DNA of 64,000 nucleotides from Nitrospirales bacterium (GTDB lineage Bacteria; Nitrospirota; Nitrospiria; Nitrospirales; UBA8639): NCBI GenBank assembly GCA_965203295.1, contig CBDBCZ010000016.1, positions 384,001 to 448,000 of the forward strand, read 5' to 3'. Shown piece by piece: positions 9,932 to 23,649 of this stretch (position 1 is its first letter; each line of letters starts with the position of its first letter). The notes under the pieces were generated by a model. It saw only the letters and a program-made list of their open reading frames with translations, ran no database searches and was not told where the DNA came from. The position numbers and the translations under genes were made by a program.

Positions 9932-12182
9932 ATTCACTAATGTGATTTTAGCATTCTTGAAGCACTCCCTCTGCAACTGAACCAATAACCATCTGCATTG
10001 GTTTGCGTTATTAAAATAAGGAAGCTAGTGATGCATGTTTCCACTGTCCTTAATGAACTCTCTTGAGCCACACATGTACACACACACCACCACCAAATTA
10101 GCTCTACAGTTTCACAGTATTCACTTGTTTAAAACTAAAACAACATCCCACTGGTCAATATATTATTGGGAATTCATGTTTTTTCGCTGTGTATCTTTCC
10201 AAATTCTTGGTCAATTAACCTTGTTTCCAGTCCTTCCTACCCTTGCACTCACAGCTGTGGAGAAAAATGGAGGAGGAAGGCCTGTTACCACATATCACAT
10301 GCTGTGACGTAGTTATATGCCCACGCAACAGTACTTACTTAAGCTTGCCCACACACTTATTGAAAGACAGCATCTGTTAAGAACAGAATGACTGAAGCAA
10401 GGGCTGCTTAACAAACTGCCACAGTAAAATAGGAATTGTCATATTGACCAATGGCTCAGTGGGTTGTGATTTGGGTTTCAAATGAGTGAACACAGCGAAG
10501 ATAGGGCCAAACTGGAGTGTGTGTTTATCTGGAGGGAGCTCATCAAGAATACATCATCAACAAGCAACAAGCGATTAATGCATCAATAATGTGTTTCCTT
10601 ATTCTTGGTCAAAGATAGAAACCAATTATGCTGATTCACTAATGTGATTTTCGCATTCCTGAAGCACCCTGAACCAATAACTGTCTGTATTAGTCTCGCA
10701 TTCTTGACAAGTTAAGTTCTATTACCATTGAGCCAATTAATGCATCACTAATGAGTTTCTACTTATTCTTGTTCAACAATACGAAACAATTCAGCAGATT
10801 CTCTAACGTTATCCTCATTCTTGAAGAACTCCCTCTGCAACTGAACCAATAACCGTCTGCATTTGTTCGCCAATTAAAAGTAAGGATTCAAAACGCGCTA
10901 GTAATGCATGTTTCCACAGTCTTAATGAACTTCCTCCAACCACACATACACACACACACATACCAGCTTGACCCTGGCTTCACTGTGCTTGAGAGCCACT
11001 GACTGTTTGCCTTCTCCTGTGGACAACCAACTTGAAAACCTCTGTAATATGAGAAGCCCTATGCATGCATGCAAGTAAGGATTCTAGCTTGACCCTGTGC
11101 CAGTTCACTCATTTGAATCTCAAATGCAACCACCGGTCATTATGACAATTTCTTTTTTTACTCTGCATGCATGAGGACACAGGCCTACATATACGTATAC
11201 ATGGGTGACAGTGTGCAAACCAGATTTAACTTGAGCTACGTATTCGTACAGACAGCCCAGCCTAGATAATTGCATTCCTCAACAGTAAGTACAAAGGTCA
11301 GTTTGTCTCTGTACTAATCTACAAACAGCAATGCATATAATTATGTAGTCAGTGTAGAGTGATCACAGCGTTGTTTTGTTTACTAAACTAAATACGTGTT
11401 TTAGTAGGAGCAAAAACATCTATATACATCTATAGTTGTAACAAACTAAAACTAGAACTTTGAGGGTAGAATATTTATTCACCAAAATCCACTCTGTTAA
11501 CTACTATTTTAGTGACCCTTTTAGTTGGCCAACTAAAACTAAACTGAACTTTCCATTTCACTATTAAACTAAATCTGACAGCACGTACTACATCTATTAT
11601 TACGCCTGGTTGTGTCTGTACGTCCGTGCGTGGTAAGTACAGTAATGAGAAGCCCCATGCATGCATGCAAGCAGGTTTTATAATTAGGTTGCACACTGGT
11701 GCTTGGATGAGGTATGAATTCCATTGTTTGGACGTTCCAGTACGTTTTGCAATTGGACTCTGATTACCATACACAAGCATGCATGCAGCCATTACAATCA
11801 GGTGTGTCCTTAAACTTAAAGTTGCAATGTCGGTGAAACAGAGATGACAGGACATGAGAAAGATGAACCTGCTACTGTGGTCATGGTAGACTATATACAG
11901 ACAATGGTGTGACCTTTGTGCAACAGAGGAAAATTAATGCTGTTACGCAAACTAATTATAGCCTGCATTAGTCTCGCATTCTTGATCAATTAAGAATGAG
12001 GAAAACCTATTACCATCGACCAGCACTATTGCATCTCATACACCCTCCAGAAGCTAATATTCAGCCTTTTTGTTTACCTAGGTACTGCCCATAAATCAGC
12101 TCTTTGAACCCGCACTAAATTAAATTCCAGATTCGGTAAACAGTAAGCGGTACAAATAGTGGGCAGAGCTCCAGCCCCCACC

Positions 12183-13027
12183 CACTCCGTGGATGACGTG
12201 TACACTCCCTCAGTGTTTGACACCTTCCAGTACCTTTTTGGCAAGGACCCCGCCTCCAATGGGACCCCTGGCTTCTTCCAATGGAAGCCCATCTCGTACC
12301 AGTCTGGTGGTCGCAAGTCTACCAAGTCGCAGCAGGCTAACGTAGCCTATGCCAGTAATGAGACTCTAGTGGAACATGCCACCATCGCTCGTGGACTGGC
12401 CAGTGCTCTGTTTGAACCTTCCACTATCAGTAACGTGACTCTGCTGTACATAGTGTTTGGGACCTCAGGGGATGACACCTATAACCAGTCCGAATACATG
12501 ACCTGGTGAGGCCGACACTAGATGCTATCAGAGTCTTCTGAAGAGGGATATGTGTTAAGGTGGCCGTAAGGCTGACTCAGTATGGGGGCCGGTTGCTATA
12601 CTGTAAGGTGTAGCTTAGCTACAGTATACTTCTCCCCTCCTCCCCTTCTCATGCCCTCCCCCTCTCCTCCCTCCCTTCCCCCTCCCCTCCTCCCTCCCCC
12701 CGCTCCCCCTCTCCTCCCTCCCCCTCCTCCCTCCCCTTCTCCTCCTCCCTCCTCCCTCCCCTTCTCTTCCCCTCCCCCTCCTCCCTCCCCCCCCCCCCCC
12801 CCCCCCCTCCCTCTCCTCCCAGGACTGCTGTCACGGGCTATGTTGGAGTGCCCCACGACAGTCTGTCGATGCTGGTGATCATCACCATCATCCTCGGTCT
12901 GGGCATCCCTGTCATAGTCATTCTGGTGGGAGGGGGCTATGTGGTGTATCATAGGAAGCCCTGGCAGAACGTTGTGAGATGGGTGACCACTGTTAGGGGA
13001 AGGAGGGGATACACAACATTAAACTAA
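12183..13027 (+). pseudogene. GLMP: 3' half of glycosylated lysosomal membrane protein (GLMP/NCU-G1 family), 5'-truncated
   Basis: Partial exon ~12183-12505 (HSVDDVYTPSVF...GFFQWKPISY...FGTSGDDTY...YMTW). Final exon 12823-13027 has a TM helix and C-terminal GYTTLN* (GYxxL lysosomal sorting signal). It begins mid-exon at a rearrangement junction. Confidence 0.8.
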
Positions 13028-13921
13028 CTGATTTGAGTGATGTATATTCAATTTCACCAGTTTTGATGTGAGTGCAAATTTCATTTAGGATAGTTGCTGG
13101 TTTCAGGGATTGTGCTGAGATGTACAGCAGAGCAAGGCTGAACTTTTGGGAGTAACCACTACGATGGCAGCAAAATAAAATATTAGTCCGATTTTTTTAG
13201 TATCTATACACTTACAGAATCCCAAGGACGTGATATCCTATACAGTTGTAGGGTATGCAGGTCATTGGAACCAAGGGACGGGTCCTGCAGGGCACGTGAG
13301 TGAATCAGCGAATGGGTGGGGCTGGAGCTTGCAGGGCACGTGAGTGAATAAGGAGTGGGTGGGGGCTGGAGCTCTGCCCACTATTTGTACCGCTTACTGT
13401 TTACCGAATCAGGGAAGATGAAGATCCTCGGCAAACTGCCCGCGAGGGTTGTTGTGCATGCTAGCGCCCTGGAGATGGTGTTCACTATCCTCCTCTGCCA
13501 CGGGCTGGCTGTCGGGTGCGGCCACGTGAAGGCCTGGCTTCCCATGATCAGCGACTGCGCTGTTCTAGCGCCGGAGAAGTATCCTTTCCGCCTTGGTTTC
13601 GTTGTGGGGGCGGTGCTCATAGCCGTGCAAGCCGTGGTGATCAGCTACGCGGACGGGAGTCCTGCCAGGAGCAAGGTTTCTCTGGCACTGGGAGCGGTGT
13701 CGGCTTTCTGTCTGGCAGTGGTGGGGGTTGTCAACGAGGATGAATGCAACCCCGTGCACAGTGGTAGGGTTTGTTTGCATGTGTTGTGTTACTGCAAGGC
13801 TGAATCACATCTCTCTGAGATTGTATTAATTTTCTTATGCAGGGGCAGCTGTCATATTCTTTGTGCTGTATGAAGTCAACATGGCTATGAGCACCGCCCC
13901 CACAACGAAACCAAGGCGGAA

Positions 13922-14838
13922 CATATCTAAAAAATGGACGTACTGCCAGAAGTGCTACGTTTTGCGATTTCCAAAGCGTGCTCTACTGGAATGAAGCTGT
14001 CATGGACCGTGTGGGAAAACGGTGATTACACTGGAATAAAGCTCTTCTGGAAGCCAGAAGAGTCAACAAACGGAGGTCGTTCTGATGATCCGGCTTCTCG
14101 GTCCACTGCACTGACACATCGAAAAAAGAAGAAACCCTCCCCATCTACCCAGCGTAGGAATGCCCGCCGGCGTGAGTCTTTTCTTAACAGCAAGAAAATG
14201 GAGGAAAATAACCCTGGGTCGAGGATTGGAGACTCTCAGCCTTCCCTTCTATCTAATGCCCACCCCACCGTTTCTCCCCCTACGGATGTAAGTCCTAAGA
14301 CCGTCATTGCTGGAGATAGGAACTCAGAGTTGGATTTGTCTACTTGCACTGTAGTTGAGTTTGAGCAGCAGGGTGAAATACCAGGTGTGAAATTCACCAC
14401 CGCCTCTGGAGATGAAGGATGGACTCCTGTAGTGTCCAAGAGGCGGAAGAAGTGTGTATCAGCAACCAGCCTGAGGTCTGCTGAATGTTCAGAGTCCAGT
14501 GACGATGAATTACAATCTTTGAAGTCAGCCAGGAGTGTTAGGTATGAAGAACGTGGTGGTGCCCCTGGCTTGCTTGTCCGGAGAGGGTGTACCATGAGTA
14601 GTAGGAAATGGAGTGCTATAGTCCCAAGCCCTATTGCCACTAGAACCCGAACAAGAGTTAAACATAATGTGTAAATTCATGGATCATAATTATTTGTCTC
14701 ATAGGTCATCTTTATTCCCATTAATCTGTACAGATTTCCACATTGTTTTTGTAGGATATAAATTATGCATGTCTCATGGGTCAAATTTGGCCCTCTGCCC
14801 TTGGGGCGTGACTATAAAAATTTATCTATCTATCTATC
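13922..14838 (+). mobile_element. Short protein-coding retroposon-like insertion with (TATC)n tail
   Basis: Interrupts a coding exon, is flanked by CATGG duplicates (13880-13884 / 14838-14842), ends in (TATC)4 and carries one intact ORF. Confidence 0.75.
13934..14674 (+). CDS. 246-aa protein of unknown function encoded by the retroposon-like insertion; basic NLS-like segments
   Basis: Complete ATG-TAA ORF. N-terminal LSWTVWENGDYTGIKLFWK, basic RKKKKPSPSTQRRNARRR, and two similar C-terminal modules (FEQQGEIPGV...WTPV / YEERGGAPGL...WSAI). No RT or endonuclease motifs. Confidence 0.7.
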   Translation: MDVLPEVLRFAISKACSTGMKLSWTVWENGDYTGIKLFWKPEESTNGGRSDDPASRSTALTHRKKKKPSPSTQRRNARRRESFLNSKKMEENNPGSRIGDSQPSLLSNAHPTVSPPTDVSPKTVIAGDRNSELDLSTCTVVEFEQQGEIPGVKFTTASGDEGWTPVVSKRRKKCVSATSLRSAECSESSDDELQSLKSARSVRYEERGGAPGLLVRRGCTMSSRKWSAIVPSPIATRTRTRVKHNV

Positions 14839-15733
14839 ATGGTGGTCCTAACCTGGTACTCCCCTTTGGGAGGAGGCGAAGGCCGCATCCGATGGTCCCA
14901 TGTGTTGAGACAGCTGTGAGCCATTATAGCCGGGGTGGCTCTAGTGGCTTTTATAGTTATGAGTATCCTTCCAACTTCCCTCAGTTGCATGCACATTATA
15001 CACGTGTACATGTATAGCTAGGTGCATTATTTATCTATCATAATCTATCTATCTATATTATACACGTGTACATGTGTAGGTGTTGTATTGCAATGCTCAG
15101 TCATAGGTTCTGATGCCTTGACAACCTTTCCTTACCAGGCACCAACTGGGGCAAATATTCTCTGCCTATCGCGATCTGTGAATGGTGAGCCAATGTTGAG
15201 CCTAGCCTGAAGTGAAACTCATTCCACTCACCCCATGGTTATTTTAGATAATGTATACATGCATGTATAGCAAAGAGCTTTTAGTTGTTGCAAACTATGG
15301 CTTAATATGGTAGTGTTTTCCACCTTGTTTCATACTGTATCTGAAGATGTTGTGGATATAATCTTGTTGGTCTACTGCAGGACTGGTACCTTCTGTATCA
15401 TCCTCTTCAACTGGAGTTTCGCAGGTGACCTGGAAGTCTACAGCATTGATGAAGTCAAGGATAGTCCAGACTCAGAACAATTGCAACAAAAACTCCCCCT
15501 GTGAAAGCTGTGTTTTTTATACTATTAATGAAATTGGCATTAAATTTGGCAGCGGGGAGAATTGTCATTAATTTTGTTAAGCGCGATGCGCTGCGGGGCG
15601 CCGGACCGTACCGGCCGGCACCGGGCGGTACGCGGTCACATGATACAGCGAGCCCCTCCTAGCCTAGGCGCCTCCTGTACTGTAGATCGATCCTCCTCAC
15701 ATGCACATTGCATAATATTGCATTCTGCCCGCA

Positions 15734-17659
15734 ATGGTAGCACTGGGAAAGGTAGCCTTCAAAACTTTGCTATTAGCAGGGGCCCTTGAGATGACTGCGG
15801 TCATCTTCCTCTGCTATGGGCTGGCAATCAAAGAAGGCCACGAGAAACCGTTCCTGCCCACCATCAGCGCTTGCGGGGACCGACCGCCGGAGATGTATAT
15901 CTTCAGGCTGGGCGTCGCGGTGGGCTCCGTTCTGATAGCCGCGGCGTCCCTGGCCATCTACAGCTCGGACAAGCCCTACTCGGGGTCTGTGGTGAACCTG
16001 ATCGTGGGACTGGCGGCTGCCTTCGGGCTGGGCGTGGTGGCGGTCGTTAGTGACCGGGAGGTGGATTTGGTGCACAAAGGTACTCGGTGACTGTTGCACA
16101 GTACACGCACCTTGCATGCAGAGCAGTGGTCATAATCAATTGCAGGCTAAAAAATGTTCTGATCGAAATTTAATATTAAGTGCTGAAGGCTAGCAGTACA
16201 CTGTGTGGTGAGCTAATATCGACATTCCTTTTTTCCTCTGCAGTGTCAGCAGTTACATTCTTTGTCTTGGAGAATTTTCTAATGATCCTAATAACAAAAC
16301 AGTCAACTCTGAGCGTGTCGTGCCCCTCCTTCACCATCAAGGTCTTCTGCTCCGTTGTGGGGACAGTGGCCACAGCACTGAGGCGTATCCTATATTATAC
16401 AACAATAGTACTGTAGTCTATTGCAAGGTATATATCAGAGTGCAGGGAAGATATATAGTTAGTGAGGTACTAGTGTATACGTAGTTCTGAGTGCACATGA
16501 ATGCTGACCACTGTCGTTGATGGCCAGTGCATGAGTGTACCAGTACTGTTATGGAGCTTGCATGTGTGTTGTTCCTTATCTGATGGTAGTGAATATTCTG
16601 TTTGGGCACAGCGCTAGCCACTACTTCACCACTTCAGACTTCCCCGTCCTTGCTGTGGCGGAGTGGTGAGTGGATAAGAATAGCCTGCTCTGACCCTGCA
16701 GCTGGGGAATATATCAGTGGTGTGGGGACAGACCGGGCATGCTACAATAGCAGTGAGGTTTTGAATCACCATGGCAACCTCATTCCCACTCACGCATGCA
16801 GCTTCTGTGCTTCAGTGTTCCATACTGGCGGCATGTGAGCATGTGATTGTACACTATAATATGCAACGGAGAATACTGTCATTTACATCATTGCCAAAAA
16901 TTAATATGCATTTGAAGGGCTGAGAACCAGAGTGGTCTAACCTAATAACTTCCACCTCCCAAACTTGAGATAAAAATGTAATTTATACACTGCAAAAAAA
17001 AAAATGTTTTTGACTACTGAGTGATACCCGATCTGGGTAGCTATGGATGTAGGAGTTAGACCACAAAGTGGTGATTTGTTACTCCTATAAGATATTTGGC
17101 ATTTATACAAATTATGTACAAATTGTGAGTCTTTTATCTACATGGGACTCAACATTCCAAATGGAGGAGGTTCTAGGAGCCTGAGGTTCCTGGAACCTTC
17201 TCCAGTTACTGAGTCACATGTTACATGTATATATAGTGATGAAAGACCCACAAAAATGTATGACGTGTATTCAAAACACCACTTTCAGGTCTAACTCCTA
17301 CATACACTGTCATCTGCAATTCAGGTAGCCACTAAGTACATAGTCAACATATTCTTTGCAGTGAAGAGCTAGTTACTCAAAAGTTAAGACTTTCATCATA
17401 ATTGTCACACTCATGCACTTTTAAATTGATTTTGTACAAATTATGCACTTTTCAGTGCTTGATTTTGGGTTGGCCCAATGTGTAAAGTCTTGCATAGAAC
17501 TGCAGTGGGAGGCTTGTAAGGTGTCCCATTTTCCCTTGCTCGTTCAGGACAGACACCTTTGTTATCATCGGGTTCTACCTCAGCTTGTCTATAGACTTCC
17601 CTGGCTATTACCTGGGTGTGGTCAGAGAGGAGGGAGTGGGGCGGGGCAAGGAGGAGTAG
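15734..17659 (+). CDS. TMEM150/DRAM/Frag1-Sfk1 family membrane protein, copy 2
   Basis: Exons 15734-16079 (GHEKPFLPTISACGDRPPE), 16244-~16382 (donor uncertain), 16612-16665 (AVAEW) and 17548-17659. Same intron pattern as copy 1. Confidence 0.75.
16988..17363. mobile_element. Possible MITE with CACTGCAAA termini
   Basis: cactgcaaa...tttgcagtg plus weak subterminal complementarity; no clear TSD. Confidence 0.4.
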
Positions 17660-17887
17660 GAGGCGAGGCTTAAGAGGAGCTGGGAGAAAGAGACTATTGA
17701 GGAGTAATTGAACTTTTTTATTGCGTACTAATAATCTTGAACTTTTTATTGTTAATTTGTGTACTAACAATCTTGTCGAAAGTATGAATGAGGGTGCGCA
17801 CTAATTATTTATTTTATTTGTGCACAGAAATCTAGGAATATTATCTGCTTAGATACATTATTTTATGCATTCTATTGTCGGAAGTGT

Positions 17888-18290
17888 TGTAGAAATTAAT
17901 TATTGTTGATTGTCTATGTACAAGTACTGTATAATATCAGTCACTGTAGGTATAGGAATGGAATGTGGACCTAACGTTGAGCGCGCATACTGGCGTTGGA
18001 ATGGAATCATCGAGTATGGGTATTGGACGCGAACGCAGTGCAGTTCAAGTAATTTGCAGTGGAAGATGTAGCGAGCGTAGACGAGAGGAGCAGTCAATCC
18101 AGCGCTGATTGTGTTGTGTACAAGCGTGCATTCTAACGGCCGAGGTAAGCTGGTTAGGACGGCACGGAGTGTGGCTGTTGTACAATATTCCAAATAAAGC
18201 CTCCTTGATTTTCTCCTCTCATTTCAGGTCCAGCTTACTTCAGGTCTTGTCGGACCAACTACCACCCACGCCCAACTAGTCACACAATCA
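17888..18290 (+). mobile_element. Possible solo LTR
   Basis: TG...CA ends, internal AATAAA at ~18193, near-identical 5-bp flanks agtgt / agtgc. Confidence 0.4.
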
Positions 18291-18504
18291 AGTGCGTTCA
18301 TCATTGTTTGTATGGAATATTTTTCTAGGACCAATGTGGGCCCATGCGTGCTGGCTTGGATCGCGGGGTGGGTAGAATTTTACATTATTTTGTAATTTAT
18401 CCCTGCTAATAGTAGGGGACGCGGAGTGGCCCCCCCACACTCCGCTTCCCCTTCGTATACAGAAGGGAGCGCGGAGTGGCCCCCCCACTCCGCTTTCCCT
18501 ACTA

Positions 18505-18884
18505 CCGTATTGTCCCGAGCAAGCGCCCACCCCTGTGTAAGCGCCCACCCCCCAGTTTTGATAAGCCTATTGTCTGGGAGGCTCCTCCGTGTAAGCGCCC
18601 ACCTTGTATTCATACCAGTATTACACAATACTATGCAATACACTAACTGCCCATGCAGTGGCTAGGCTTCCTGTGGAGTACTACTGAAGCTTTACAAGGG
18701 GTAAGTGCATGCATTCTTTCCAATGGCTTCATGGTAGTAGCTGAAGCAGTACAAGTAAGTGGAGGGTGGGCCCTTACACAGTGGTAACTGAGTAGTTCAA
18801 AGGGCTCCTCTGTGTAAGCGCCCACCCATAATTTTTCTAGCGTGAGCTGCAAGCGCCCATGGGCGCTTGCTCGGGACAATACGG
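18505..18884. mobile_element. Tc1/mariner-pogo-type MITE inserted in the left TIR of element A
   Basis: TIRs ccgtattgtcccgagcaagcgccca / tgggcgcttgctcgggacaatacgg, TA duplication. The empty site (ccctactagtactgtaggg) is seen in neighbouring repeat copies. Confidence 0.9.
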
Positions 18885-19185
18885 TAGTACTGTAGGGGAT
18901 GCGCAGTGGCCCCCCCACTCCGCTTCCCCTACTAGTACTGTAGGGAATGCGCAGTGGCCCCCCCCACTTATGGCAGGGGGTGCACAGTGGCCCCCCACTC
19001 TGTGTCCCCATGTGTATTTTCCCAGCTAATGAAATGATAAACTTTGCGATAAAAATATGATAAACTTTGTGATGTACACCAAATCACGATGGTTGTAAAT
19101 GCAACATTATCTCAGCAAGTGTGATTTTATGCATACATTGTACACTGCATGGTAGATACAAATGTGTGTAATGCATGTAAAATAG

Positions 19186-19895
19186 CTACAAACAATAGAT
19201 ACAAAGCCACTTTGCGCCACTATCGGAGAACACAGCGGGTGGTATGTTCTCACAGTCCTGGTGATACCAACGCTTGCATTTGCTGCACTCGGCCATACTT
19301 CGAGACTTGGATGTCTTTTTCCACGGAAGACGACACTTGCAATGCACAGACACTGCACACTCTGACTTGATGCGTCGCTTTGTACGGACTGGCTTGTCGG
19401 AGTCTGGAAAGACGACCATATCACGGTTTTCCAAGCAGCAGATGAAGTGCTCTCGCATTTGCGATTGTTCTTTAACGTGAGCAGCTGGATCTTCGCCATG
19501 ACGCAGGCTCACAGCTGTGGAAACAGCGAACAGGCCACAGTCGGCACCCCCATTCTGACGCTGCATGTTCACCATGCGTAAAGTTATTCTCTCTGCTGGT
19601 GAGCGAAGAATGGCAGCTACTTGCTCTTTCAGGGTGTAGCATGGAGTTGCGTATAGACTGTCGTAGACGTCTACCTCGTCAGGTTTGCAGTTGAGGTTGC
19701 TCACACACACCCAGTGAGTATTGCTCAGGTTAACAATCTGCACGAAGTTATCAGCACTGCAGCTGTAGTGCAAATCAGCCACGTCTACTGTGTTCTGAAG
19801 TCCATTCTGCTGTGAAAACTTCTGTTTCAAAAGAGCCTGTGCAGCGGCGATATGCTGCTGTAGTAGCCATGAGCCGGAGAGAATGGGGTTGGTAC
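19186..19895 (-). pseudogene. Ulp1/SENP (C48) protease domain plus PHD finger; presumed 3' end of the element A gene
   Basis: Catalytic motifs THWV, YDS, QNGGADCGLF; C-terminal C4HC3 finger CKC...CSKC..WYHQDC...WLCIYC. 5' end cut off by the element B TIR. Confidence 0.9.
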
Positions 19896-19939
19896 AAAAT
19901 GACACTCTTTTATTTTTTCTCCTGTATTATACAGGGGAG

Positions 19940-20550
19940 AAAGAGTGTGGGGCACACTCTTTGTTCTCCTGTATATATACAGGGGACAAATAGTGTGGGC
20001 ACACTCTTCATCCCCTGTATATATACAGGGGATTAAAATAGTGTGAACACACTCTTCATCCCCTGTATATATACAGGGGACAAACAGTGTGGGGCACACT
20101 CTTCATCCCCTGTATATATACAGGGAAGTAAAGAGTGCAGGCCACACTCTGTATATATACAGGGGACAAACAGTGTGGGCACACTCTTCATCCCCTGTAT
20201 ATATACAGGGGATTAAAATAGTGTGAACACACTCTTCATCCCCTGTATATATACAGGGGACAAACAGTGTGGGGCACACTCTTCATCCCCTGTATATATA
20301 CAGGGGACAAACAGTGTGGGGCACACTCTTCATCCCCTGTATATATACAGGGGACAAACAGTGTGGGGCACACTCTTCATCCCCTGTATATATACAGGGA
20401 AGTAAAGAGTGCAGGCCACACTCTTTATCCCCTGTTCCCCAATATATACAGGGTATGTATTGGGGGAAAACTGTGCAGGCACACCCTGTAGTTATACAGG
20501 AATAAAAGAGTGTGGCCTCCACTCTTTACTTCTCTGTATATATACAGGGA
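19940..20550. repeat. ~47-bp tandem repeat forming the subterminal array of element B
   Basis: Unit cccctgtatatatacaggggacaaacagtgtggggcacactcttcat, containing a perfect 20-bp palindrome and an agtgtg/cacact hairpin. Confidence 0.95.
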
Positions 20551-20649
20551 CCAATAGTGTAGGAATGAATTCGTGATAATTGAACTGGCGATATGGAAAC
20601 CGTTATCACATTTCAGTGTTGTATAGTCAGTGACATGCAAATAGTGTGC

Positions 20650-23490
<2,841 letters not shown>

Positions 23491-23649
23491 GCGGAGGGAA
23501 ATTGCCAGGGGGGCAACATAGTGTGGGCACACTCTTTGTTCTCCTGTATATATACAGGAGAACAAAGAGTGTGCCCACACTATTTGTCCCCTGTATATAT
23601 ACAGGAATAATACAGGAGAAAAAATAAAAGAGTGTCATTTTCTCTACTA

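Larger units (their letters stand above)
13418..15504 (+). pseudogene. TMEM150/DRAM/Frag1-Sfk1 family membrane protein, copy 1, disrupted
   Basis: Exons 13418-13763, 13843-14962 (interrupted by insertion 13885-14842), 15139-15184 and 15381-15504. Motifs GHVKAWLPMISDCAVLAPE, VH, AICEW. In-frame TGA at 14917-14919. Confidence 0.8.

Noticed and set aside
12582..12952. Pro-rich and Gly-rich ORFs
   Set aside because: They derive from the C-rich tract in the last GLMP intron.
19940..20550. CRISPR-like array or repeat-protein ORFs
   Set aside because: Tandem units without unique spacers that mirror 23520-23605, so a transposon subterminal array; the ORFs are artefacts.
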